Shown here: positions 46,656 to 54,759 of the stretch, piece after piece
Numbering within the stretch: the stretch's first letter is position 1
Layout: the number at the start of each line of letters is the position of its first letter
IMG/VR virus record: IMGVR_UViG_3300005669_000010
Span: 1,139 to 65,138 of that record
DNA: 64,000 nt
Source: a virus
Strand: one strand, 5' to 3'
Program-made: the position numbers and the translations under genes
The notes under the pieces: generated by a model
The model's input: the letters and a program-made list of their open reading frames with translations, nothing else
The model's database searches: none
Told to the model about the DNA's origin: nothing

Positions 46656-46767
46656 AGGTGTTGTTCAGATCAACACCCCGAACGGGAGCTGACCCGAACG
46701 AAAGCCGTTCCGATAACGGCACCCGGCCATCCGGCCACACCTGCAGGAACTAGTTTCGCAAAGTAGG

Positions 46768-46797
46768 TTGACACCAACTAAACGAGACTGGTACGGT
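46768..46797 (+). promoter_or_regulatory. sigmaA promoter
   Basis: TTGACA-N18-TACGGT. Confidence 0.6.
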
Positions 46798-46848
46798 AGG
46801 ACACATCGCACCACCGGCACACCGCCACCGACCAAGGAGCATCACATC

Positions 46849-47742
46849 ATGGCACGTCAGAACAAGTCCACCAAGACCGACACCACCCAGGAGAACACCG
46901 TGACCGAGAACACCGAGGCCGTCGAGGCCACCGAGAAGGTCGAGATCGACCTGACCGCATTCCAGACCGCCGTCACCGAGGCCCTCGCCGAGGGTGACAC
47001 GTCCACCGGCCAGCTGCCCGAGACGGCAGTCGCCAAGGTCAACGCCGAGTACCGCAAGCTGGACGGCCTCGCGGCCAAGAACGCGGCTCGCAAGCACCTC
47101 GACGACGGAATGCTCGACGCCGTCGGCAAGCTCGACGCCGTCAGTGCCCGTGGCTACAGCGACCTGAAGGGCAACCTCAGCGCCGCCGGTGGCCCGAAGG
47201 CCGAGAAGGCTCCCGCCGATCCGGTGGTCGCGTTCGTCCAGCGCCACGCGGCCCTGCAGTTGGCCCAGTACGTGGTCAACGGCGAGGCTCCCGAGATCCC
47301 CGAGGGCCGTGACGTCGCCGCCGAGATCGAGGCCCTCGTCAAGGAGAACGTCGAGGCCCTGCAGGCGCAGGTCGCGTACCTCGCGGACGACTCCGAGGAC
47401 AAGGGCGACGGTCCCGAGCTCAACCCGGTGATCCGGGCTGCGTTCAAGGCCGCGTCGGGCAAGGCTGCCGGTGGCAAGCGCGGCGGCAGCACGGGTGGCC
47501 CGCGTCGGGACATCGCCAAGCACATCGAGTCCGCCTTTGCGGAGGTCGAGTCGGGCACGTTCCTGAGCGTGGCGGAGATCGCCAAGCACAAGAGCGCCGA
47601 GTACGGCGACGACCACCCCTCGCAGGGTGCCGTGTCGGCCCGCCTGTTCCCTGCGTCCGGCAAGGTCACCGTCGAGGGCATCGTCCCGGTCAACAAGGCC
47701 GAGCTCGATGGCAAGAACCCGAAGGGTGCCAGCAAGGCCTGA
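46849..47742 (+). CDS. probably highly expressed protein; putative C-terminal winged-helix DNA-binding domain
   Basis: AAGGAG RBS; extreme GC3 bias; LSVAEIA...PSQGAVSARLF. Confidence 0.7.
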   Translation: MARQNKSTKTDTTQENTVTENTEAVEATEKVEIDLTAFQTAVTEALAEGDTSTGQLPETAVAKVNAEYRKLDGLAAKNAARKHLDDGMLDAVGKLDAVSARGYSDLKGNLSAAGGPKAEKAPADPVVAFVQRHAALQLAQYVVNGEAPEIPEGRDVAAEIEALVKENVEALQAQVAYLADDSEDKGDGPELNPVIRAAFKAASGKAAGGKRGGSTGGPRRDIAKHIESAFAEVESGTFLSVAEIAKHKSAEYGDDHPSQGAVSARLFPASGKVTVEGIVPVNKAELDGKNPKGASKA

Positions 47743-47758
47743 CCGGCCAGCCTAATCA

Positions 47759-47799
47759 GCCCGGCGTGGAGGTTCCGCAACACAGCCTCCACGCTGGGT
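47759..47799 (+). terminator. stem-loop
   Basis: GCCCGGCGTGGAGG/CCTCCACGCTGGGT. Confidence 0.6.
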
Positions 47800-47808
47800 C
47801 AGGTCAGG

Positions 47809-47879
47809 GCTCGACTGAGCGAGCATAAATAGCCCTTAGGCTCAGTGCGTCGAACCAGCATAGTCTGGTTAGGGTGGGA
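47809..47879 (+). ncRNA. pistol self-cleaving ribozyme
   Basis: P1 GCUCG/CGAGC; loop ACUGAG pairs with CUCAGU (pseudoknot); AUAAAUA linker; P2 CCC/GGG; UUAGG; conserved GCG; P3 AACCAG/CUGGUU; G^U site 47874/47875. Confidence 0.9.
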
Positions 47880-48106
47880 CAAGCACAGATCGCATGTCGG
47901 ACTGATCGCCGGAGCGATTCCCCATAGTGCTAGAGCAAGGCCCTGCGTGATAGTCGGTAGTTCTGTCAGACTGCTGACCAAGTTAAGGGCATGGCAGTGC
48001 CCTCTCGGTATCGTGGGATGCCTGATGCCGGGACGCCTCGCTCGCAAAGAAACACGGTCGCATTCCACACGTTACCTTTCGAGGATGCGTACACAGCGAC
48101 CACAAC

Positions 48107-48141
48107 GCGGGGCGGCAGGCATTCCAAGTCTGTCGCCCCGC
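48107..48141 (+). terminator. stem-loop ending the structured RNA region
   Basis: GCGGGGCGGCAG/CTGTCGCCCCGC. Confidence 0.6.
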
Positions 48142-48174
48142 ACCCCCCAACCCCTCTGCTAGTCAAGTCCGTAC

Positions 48175-48210
48175 TTGACTACGCATCAGGTCTAGTGTAT
48201 AGTAGGCCTA
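48175..48210 (+). promoter_or_regulatory. sigmaA promoter with TAGGCCTA palindrome overlapping the -10
   Basis: TTGACT-N17-TATAGT-AGGCCTA. Confidence 0.75.
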
Positions 48211-48247
48211 TCGCACATCACCCCAGCCCCGAAAGGGAGAACTCATC

Positions 48248-48886
48248 ATGAATCGTATCAAGTGCGGACATTGCAAGAAGTACCATGACGCCGTCTATCA
48301 AGTTCGACGCTGCGCCAATCGACAGGTTCAGGCTCGTGCCAACACCGCCCGAGTGATCGCCATTGCCGACGCCAAGCGCGCTGCCGTCGAGCAGCCCACA
48401 CCCGGCACGGCAGGCGTTCCGGCCCGAGGCAAGTGGCTTCCAGCTGAATGGCAGTTCACAACACCTCGAGCAATGGTGGAGCACATGCGTGAGGGACGCT
48501 ACGCTGTCGAGATCAAGCTGCCCGGCAAGCCCACCGACTGGGTGTTCATTCGAGTCAGCCGACCGACGCACGGCCAGAAGAAAGGTTGCCTCGTCCTGCA
48601 GACCCAGCACTCGGACTACTACAAGATGCTGCTTCAGGTCTACCCGAGCGGCCACATCTACACGGCCCAGTACAACGAGAAGCTGGACATGGCCCTCATG
48701 ATGGTTGCGGCCGACCCCTTCACGGCAGCGATCAACTACGGTCGAGAGCTGGGATGCTGCAGCCGGTGCGCCCGCAAACTGACCGACGAGCGCAGCCGCT
48801 ACTACAGCATTGGTCCCGAGTGCGAGAAGTACTGGCCCGAGATCATCAATTACCTCAACGAGACGAGGGGGGTCTTCGTTCCGTGA
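48248..48886 (+). CDS. DUF6011-like Zn-finger protein
   Basis: YG...G.CSRCARKLTDERS...IGPEC. Confidence 0.8.
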   Translation: MNRIKCGHCKKYHDAVYQVRRCANRQVQARANTARVIAIADAKRAAVEQPTPGTAGVPARGKWLPAEWQFTTPRAMVEHMREGRYAVEIKLPGKPTDWVFIRVSRPTHGQKKGCLVLQTQHSDYYKMLLQVYPSGHIYTAQYNEKLDMALMMVAADPFTAAINYGRELGCCSRCARKLTDERSRYYSIGPECEKYWPEIINYLNETRGVFVP

Positions 48887-49290
48887 AGAAGCAACTGATC
48901 GGTTACAGCGTTGCCCTGTTGGTCGGTCTCATGTTCGGCGTCCAGATGAGCGGCACCGAGTACAAGACCAAGGTTGAAACAAAGGAGGTGGAGGTCGTCA
49001 GGGAAGTTGAAGTACAGCAGGACTTTCCTGACGCATGTAACGAACTGATCGCCACCGCCGAGCGTATCCTCAAGACCGGGCGCGTGTACGATGAGTCAGC
49101 AAACGGAATGCTCGACATCGCGAGTCGGCTGCGTCTAGCCGTCGCAAAGCAGGACGGCAACGAGGCCAACGTCATCGAGACCGACCTCCGCGCACTTAAC
49201 TCAGGCCTCGTCTCCGCCATCCGTGAGCAGGTAAACAACAAGGGCTCGTTCCGCGAGGAGCAGGCCGAATGCAAGAAGGAGCTCAAGTGA
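48883..49290 (+). CDS. membrane-anchored or exported protein
   Basis: GTGA coupling; N-terminal hydrophobic segment; two Cys. Confidence 0.7.
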   Translation: MKKQLIGYSVALLVGLMFGVQMSGTEYKTKVETKEVEVVREVEVQQDFPDACNELIATAERILKTGRVYDESANGMLDIASRLRLAVAKQDGNEANVIETDLRALNSGLVSAIREQVNNKGSFREEQAECKKELK

Positions 49291-49613
49291 TGAGCAAAGT
49301 CTTCCACGTTCAGCTGTATGCGTTCTCGGCCCAAGTCCAAGTGTCGACTCCCGACGACGGTTTCTTCATCGACATGACGCACGACGAGTTCAAGAACCTC
49401 GGCACCCAGGTACGCGAAGCGATGCTCAATCTCGACGGCAGGGAGACGGTCATCTGCGCCGCCTTCGAGATCAAGAAGGGTGATCGCCTCATGGGAATGG
49501 TCGTCAAGGAGTCCCAGGAGCACCCATCCAGTATGCAGATCGAACTCGAGAATGGAACCTTTCTCGCCGCCCCGAAAGACTCAATCTTCGTTATCGAAAG
49601 GGTTATCTCATGA
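49290..49613 (+). CDS. hypothetical protein
   Basis: TGATG coupling; AAGGAG RBS. Confidence 0.65.
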   Translation: MSKVFHVQLYAFSAQVQVSTPDDGFFIDMTHDEFKNLGTQVREAMLNLDGRETVICAAFEIKKGDRLMGMVVKESQEHPSSMQIELENGTFLAAPKDSIFVIERVIS

Positions 49614-49885
49614 ACCACGACCTCATCTGTCAGGCGCCTCGCTGTCCTCACCCCGGATGCCCGTACCAGAACCAGTCCGAGTTGGATCACGCATGGGCCA
49701 CCATCCCCGCCGAGTGCCGGGGTGCGGACGCCGCCGACCGGCCCGCTCCGGGCCGCGCTGCGGGGCACACGGACCCGCTGGAGCGGGTTGCGGACATTGT
49801 GACGTTCGTCCTAACAGCGGTGTTCGTGATCGCGATTGCCGCTGTGATCCTCGCATGGTTTCTCGACATCAAGCCGTGGTGGTAA
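49610..49885 (+). CDS. small membrane protein
   Basis: C-terminal TM. Confidence 0.6.
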   Translation: MNHDLICQAPRCPHPGCPYQNQSELDHAWATIPAECRGADAADRPAPGRAAGHTDPLERVADIVTFVLTAVFVIAIAAVILAWFLDIKPWW

Positions 49886-49887
49886 CC

Positions 49888-50106
49888 ATGAGTGACCTGC
49901 CCATTGTGCCTGATTATGACGAAACGGCACGACTTGTTCTGATGCTCAACCCGGACACCGATCTTGGCAGATTTGCTCGACAGCTTCGAGTGGAGCATGG
50001 CAATGACCTCAGCATCCAGTACATCGCTGCGATGTGGAAGAAGTACCGTGGCTTCGACGGACGCGAAGCACCAACTCACAACTACGAGACAGGTAAAAGA
50101 CTGTGA
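49888..50106 (+). CDS. hypothetical protein
   Basis: MSDLPIV...; operon packing. Confidence 0.6.
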   Translation: MSDLPIVPDYDETARLVLMLNPDTDLGRFARQLRVEHGNDLSIQYIAAMWKKYRGFDGREAPTHNYETGKRL

Positions 50107-50759
50107 ACATCACCGGCGCTGTAGTCATCGACCCGCGAGAGATTGGAGAGCTTTGTGACCCGTATCTCCTTCTCACAGTCGATGAGGAAGTGCAGGAGAT
50201 TGATGACACAATCTTTGACGAAGATCTTGTGTGGGATCACCGACTGATTCCCTGTGGTCCGTTCTATGCAGTCGAGAAGCGAATGACTGGAAGGCGCCCC
50301 GGCGAGGGGGGCCACTGGGCTGATCTTGCAGAGCTGACTCGGGCAGACGAAGTCACCTCCCTGGGCGTGGTGAACAAGTCTGAACTGATCGACTACCAGA
50401 TCGTTCAGGTGAGTGTGAGCCACATTCCCGAGGAGGACAACGAGGATCGCACACGAGAACTTCTTGAGATGGCTATGTATGTCACTCGCGCACGGCGAAC
50501 GATTCGCCGCAAGACTGACAACAGGTACGAGGTCATCGTAGATGAGCAGGCTGCACTCGGCGGTCTCCTCGCATGGCGGCTTGAGTTGCGGGAGAAGGTG
50601 TGCTATAGTGGAGCAATGATCGGTCGAGCGAACCACACCTGCACTCTGCCCGTGGTGTCAACAGTCATGATTCAAGACACGCATGTCACGTTGTGCGAGA
50701 AGCACAAAGATGTGTACGAAAACAGGGCGCGTTCCGCCAGGGCACGCAAGAACAAGTAA
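50103..50759 (+). CDS. hypothetical protein
   Basis: GTGA coupling; C-terminal C..C..C..H. Confidence 0.7.
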   Translation: MNITGAVVIDPREIGELCDPYLLLTVDEEVQEIDDTIFDEDLVWDHRLIPCGPFYAVEKRMTGRRPGEGGHWADLAELTRADEVTSLGVVNKSELIDYQIVQVSVSHIPEEDNEDRTRELLEMAMYVTRARRTIRRKTDNRYEVIVDEQAALGGLLAWRLELREKVCYSGAMIGRANHTCTLPVVSTVMIQDTHVTLCEKHKDVYENRARSARARKNK

Positions 50760-50778
50760 CCCCGAACGGGAGAAGAAA

Positions 50779-50931
50779 ATGAAGAAGATTTACTACCTGG
50801 GTATCAGGACATGCGACTGGCTGACCTTCAAGAAGATCAGTGTGGCGCCGCGCCTTGTTCGGCGAGGTGCCATGAAACTCGGTATCGTTCTCGCAGGTCG
50901 AGTCGAGAGCCTGGAGGGGCGCAATGACTGA
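50779..50931 (+). CDS. small hypothetical protein
   Basis: Follows a CCCGAACGGGAG start element. Confidence 0.6.
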   Translation: MKKIYYLGIRTCDWLTFKKISVAPRLVRRGAMKLGIVLAGRVESLEGRND

Positions 50932-52468
50932 GCCAAGTTGCTTCGACTGCCCATCATTTCTTGAGCAGCATGAGTCGGTGAGATTCTTCACCAAGTCAAC
51001 CGGCGTGCCGATGTGTGCTCAGTTTGGAAAGCCGATTGGCTCGATGCACTCGACCGACAACCAGCGGAAAGATGTAGCCAAGGCGCTCGCAAAGAGCTGC
51101 TCGAAGTTTGGTGAGCCGCGCCCCGATTCTCCCGACTGGGGACAGGTCACGCTCACTGTTGCACTTCCCGATCCAGAAGTGATTCGCTTCAATCAGCGGA
51201 AGCAGCAGGATGCGGTCAGGTCGTGCAACACCTGTGAGCACTTCGTGCGCGAAGATGTCGTGGCAAAGGAGATGGGCTACGCGACTGGACTCTGCGCGGC
51301 CAAGGGGAAGTTGCTCCTCGGTAATCGGTATGTGTACGAGGCGCGCGGCTGCCAGGATCGCTCCATCGCACTCTCGGGAGTAAGAACCGACGTCACGGGC
51401 ATCATGATGCTGCCCGAGTATTCGGCGGACTTCACCCTGTCTACTGACCCGGTGAAGTATCACCAGCAGATGATGCAGAACATGGTGGACCCGACTCTCT
51501 ATGAGACCGACAAGCCGATCACCGTCGAGGACGACAAGGCTGGCATTCGAGCGTGGCGGAAGATCATTGACCCCGCCACCGAGAACGAGACCTATCTTCC
51601 GATCTACCGCTGGGACTTCTTCTCGGCAGAAGAGATCGAGAAGATTCCTCAGACTGGCGACGACGAGCACCCCGAGGACTACATCGACCACGGCTTCTAT
51701 GTCTACAAGGTTGCAGTCCTGTGGCGTGAACTCGATGAGACTCCCGGAGTCTGGGGTCAGGCCGGAACCGGCAAGACCGAGTTGTTCCGCCACCTTGCAT
51801 GGCTGATGCAGCTGCCGTTCGAGCGAATCAGCATCACCGGCTCGACCGAGCTGGACGACCTCGCCGGAAAGATGCACTACTCGCCTGACAAGGGAACGTA
51901 CTGGCAGGATGGGCGACTCGTGCAAGCGTGGTCCAAGCCCTGCGTCCTGGTCGTGGACGAGCCGAACACCGGCCCGGCAGATGTGTGGCAGTTCTTGCGT
52001 CCGATGACGGACAACTCCAAGCAGCTGGTGATCGACCAGAACGCCGGAGAGCGACGTTCACGGAATGACAACTGCTACCTCGGCCTCGCAATGAACCCGG
52101 CTTGGGACCCCAAGAACGTTGGCACTCATATCGTCGGTGACGCTGACGTGAACCGACTCATGCACATCAACATTCCGATGCCTCCCGAAAGACTGGAGCG
52201 GGAGATCATCGAGAAGCGCTGCAAGCACGATGACTATGAGATCTCACATGACACGCTCAACGTAATCATGAACATTGCAGCAGATGTCAGAGCGCTTTGC
52301 GAGGACGACACTCTGCCGATCACATGGGCGGTTCGACCCCAGCTGAAGGTCGCTCGGGCGTCCAAGTGGTTCGATCTCAAGACGTGCTATCGCATGGCGG
52401 TAGCCGACTTCCTGGAGCCCGAGGCAGCGCAGCAGGTGCTAGATGTGGTGGATTCTCATGTCGAGTAA
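50924..52468 (+). CDS. CobS/MoxR-like AAA+ ATPase with Cys-rich N-terminus
   Basis: GQAGTGKT, WQDGRL, VVDE, AMNP, NRL. Confidence 0.9.
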   Translation: MTEPSCFDCPSFLEQHESVRFFTKSTGVPMCAQFGKPIGSMHSTDNQRKDVAKALAKSCSKFGEPRPDSPDWGQVTLTVALPDPEVIRFNQRKQQDAVRSCNTCEHFVREDVVAKEMGYATGLCAAKGKLLLGNRYVYEARGCQDRSIALSGVRTDVTGIMMLPEYSADFTLSTDPVKYHQQMMQNMVDPTLYETDKPITVEDDKAGIRAWRKIIDPATENETYLPIYRWDFFSAEEIEKIPQTGDDEHPEDYIDHGFYVYKVAVLWRELDETPGVWGQAGTGKTELFRHLAWLMQLPFERISITGSTELDDLAGKMHYSPDKGTYWQDGRLVQAWSKPCVLVVDEPNTGPADVWQFLRPMTDNSKQLVIDQNAGERRSRNDNCYLGLAMNPAWDPKNVGTHIVGDADVNRLMHINIPMPPERLEREIIEKRCKHDDYEISHDTLNVIMNIAADVRALCEDDTLPITWAVRPQLKVARASKWFDLKTCYRMAVADFLEPEAAQQVLDVVDSHVE

Positions 52469-52703
52469 GCTCAAGTCCAAGGTTCATGTTCAGCCCTACG
52501 AGGGGAAGAACGGTTTCGGCACCCTGTGCGAGTGGGTCGAGCTCAATTCTTACGACGTCGAGGACGAGCATAGTCTGGCTCTAATCACTGTGCATGGATT
52601 CGACGCTGACAGTGAAGAGCGCTCTGTTGATCTATGGGTCACAGCGAAGCAGGTCAAAGCAATCCGAGATGGGCTGAACCAGCTCCTAGAGGAGGAGTCA
52701 TGA
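52458..52703 (+). CDS. hypothetical protein
   Basis: Operon packing. Confidence 0.6.
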   Translation: MSSKLKSKVHVQPYEGKNGFGTLCEWVELNSYDVEDEHSLALITVHGFDADSEERSVDLWVTAKQVKAIRDGLNQLLEEES

Positions 52704-53137
52704 GCGAAGTTCCCGTGAGAATCTGCGGCAAGAAGGACTGTGATAAGACCTTCGAGAATACGCCTCATGGTGCAACCAAGGCGCAGCAGGAGGGATGGAC
52801 CCAGGTCGGATATACGGCATACTGTCCAAAGCACTCCCCCAGGGAAAAGGTCGCTCGCATTCACAAGAGCTCCGAGCGACTGAAGCTGGAGTTCCGAGTT
52901 GTAGATGCTCCCTTCCTTCGGAAAGACAGCGAGACTATCCAGCCCAAAAAGGTTGTCTTTGTCGACTACGGCGAGAAGTCACAGTTGGTCATCACTGGAA
53001 CGGCTGCAAACAATCGCCTCCCGAGGACCATGTACTTCAATGTGAGTAATACGAAGTACCCCGACCCGCCCGAGTGGCTGGTCAAGATCTTCAACGAGGC
53101 AATGTCAAAGTACACAGGGAGTAACAGTGGACGATAG
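52700..53137 (+). CDS. hypothetical protein with Zn motif
   Basis: C....C...GW....YCPKH. Confidence 0.65.
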   Translation: MSEVPVRICGKKDCDKTFENTPHGATKAQQEGWTQVGYTAYCPKHSPREKVARIHKSSERLKLEFRVVDAPFLRKDSETIQPKKVVFVDYGEKSQLVITGTAANNRLPRTMYFNVSNTKYPDPPEWLVKIFNEAMSKYTGSNSGR

Positions 53138-53297
53138 AATGATGAAGGCACGCACTGATCTGGAGCGGCCCATCCCCAGCATGAATGCCGAAGACATCAG
53201 GTCTGCACAGCTCAAGGTTATTGACCTGTCGAAGAACAATGCTGATGCAATCATGCTCCTGCAAATGCTCGGAATCCAGCAGAAGGTAGAGGTGTAG
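53127..53297 (+). CDS. small hypothetical protein (not in ORF track)
   Basis: GGGAG RBS; ...DAIMLLQMLGI. Confidence 0.55.
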   Translation: MDDRMMKARTDLERPIPSMNAEDIRSAQLKVIDLSKNNADAIMLLQMLGIQQKVEV

Positions 53298-53299
53298 TC

Positions 53300-53506
53300 A
53301 TGGCAACCAAGAAGCAGAAGCGAGCCGCAGCACTTGCCAAGCGGGAGGCGTTCATCGAGGGCGAGCGCGCTCGTGGCAAGAAGGCTCGCGAAGCGGCGCA
53401 AAAGAAGCGCGACGACGAGAACCGGAGGATCGAGATGGAGACGCTGAAAAAGAAGCGCTCGAGGTCCACCATCGAGGCAGTCAATGGCATCAGGGGAGCC
53501 CGGTGA
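53300..53506 (+). CDS. small basic helical protein
   Basis: GAGG RBS; K/R/E-rich. Confidence 0.65.
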   Translation: MATKKQKRAAALAKREAFIEGERARGKKAREAAQKKRDDENRRIEMETLKKKRSRSTIEAVNGIRGAR

Positions 53507-54021
53507 ATCCATTCAACGACTGGAACAGTCACACACACAAGGCATGTTCCGCCTGTAACGAGCATGGAGTGGTGGAGCAATTCGACCTCGACGCCCGCCG
53601 AGATGATCTCGACAGGCTCGCGCCGGAACCGGGCCACTGGGGCAATCCGGCCTCGCTGTCAAGATTCAACACGACCTTCATGGACCAGAAGCAGTTGCAT
53701 CGGTTCCTACTGAAGGTCGAGCCCACCCAGCTGGACTGGCACACCCCCTGCTGGCTGTGGAAGGGCGGAACGCACGACAAGGGATACGGAAGGTTCTGGC
53801 TAGGCATTGCCGAGGGTAAGCGCATCTGGGCATACGCTCACCGTATCGCCTTTGAGCACTGGATCGGGATGCCCCCCGCTGGGTACATCGTGGACCACCA
53901 GTGCAATCACAAGCTTTGTTGCAATCCGACCCACCTCTGGCCGGAGACCAACAATGACAACTTGCGGCTCGCAGATGAGCGCAGGCCCTGGAAACGTCGC
54001 AACCAGTACAGCAAGGAGTAA
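53503..54021 (+). CDS. HNH endonuclease
   Basis: CWLWKG...GYGRF...AHR...DHQCNHKLCCNPTHL...N. Confidence 0.9.
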   Translation: MNPFNDWNSHTHKACSACNEHGVVEQFDLDARRDDLDRLAPEPGHWGNPASLSRFNTTFMDQKQLHRFLLKVEPTQLDWHTPCWLWKGGTHDKGYGRFWLGIAEGKRIWAYAHRIAFEHWIGMPPAGYIVDHQCNHKLCCNPTHLWPETNNDNLRLADERRPWKRRNQYSKE

Positions 54022-54024
54022 GCC

Positions 54025-54309
54025 GTGAAGATCACTTACGAGAACGGAGATCTCCTTGTCGATGCAAACGGACTTGCCTGGATAGTGTGCGAGCCTAGCG
54101 GAGGGCCGGATGGACTCATCCATGCGCAATACGTGTGCATCACTGCCGACGCAGAGGGGGTTCCTCCCTCCCTAGAAAGGTGGCTTGATTCAAACGGGCT
54201 ACAGTTTGACGAACTTCAAACAAAAACAATCCCACTGGGTATCCTCCGTGGCCCCTTTCAGCTGATTGTTGAGTTTGGTAAAAAAACATCCGACAGGAAA
54301 GAAAGGTAA
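54025..54309 (+). CDS. hypothetical protein
   Basis: AAGGAG RBS. Confidence 0.6.
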   Translation: MKITYENGDLLVDANGLAWIVCEPSGGPDGLIHAQYVCITADAEGVPPSLERWLDSNGLQFDELQTKTIPLGILRGPFQLIVEFGKKTSDRKER

Positions 54310-54314
54310 GCATC

Positions 54315-54674
54315 ATGGCAAAGAAGAACTCAGGTTCCTTCAAGACAAAGGCCGAGAAGGTCTTTGACGAGAAGCTCAGCAAGGCAATTGATGAACGAAA
54401 CTGGGACAAGGTCGAGCTGCTGTTTCGTCAGTTCGGAACCTATCTCGAGTTGATTGCCGAGGACGAGCCAGAAGAGGAATTGCATCTCACTGCCCCCAGT
54501 CCATGTGGCCTGTGCGGCAGTGATCCCGCCAAGGGTCTGGCCAGCATTCAGTCCAGTGACGGACCTCAGGTGTACTACTGTCACGAAGACGAAAGTCCGA
54601 CCTGCTACGAACTCGCCCAGCAGCAGATCGCGCAGATCGTTGAGCATTTCGACGTTCTACTTAAGTCGGAGTGA
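54315..54674 (+). CDS. hypothetical protein with Zn motif
   Basis: CGLC...YCH.....C. Confidence 0.65.
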   Translation: MAKKNSGSFKTKAEKVFDEKLSKAIDERNWDKVELLFRQFGTYLELIAEDEPEEELHLTAPSPCGLCGSDPAKGLASIQSSDGPQVYYCHEDESPTCYELAQQQIAQIVEHFDVLLKSE

Positions 54675-54679
54675 AAGTA

Positions 54680-54723
54680 ATACCCCGGCGCGGGTTGAAA
54701 TCCGCGCCGGGGTATGCTAAACT
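54680..54723 (+). promoter_or_regulatory. promoter whose -35 lies in the loop of an inverted repeat
   Basis: ATACCCCGGCGCGG-g-TTGAAA-t-CCGCGCCGGGGTAT, then TAAACT at 17-nt spacing. Confidence 0.7.
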
Positions 54724-54759
54724 TAGGTATTAGCAGACCTTGACCCGAACGGGAGCGAA

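Noticed and set aside
46686..46720. Hammerhead ribozyme (CTGA...CGAAA plus stem)
   Set aside because: Lacks CUGANGA, stem II and the NUH triplet
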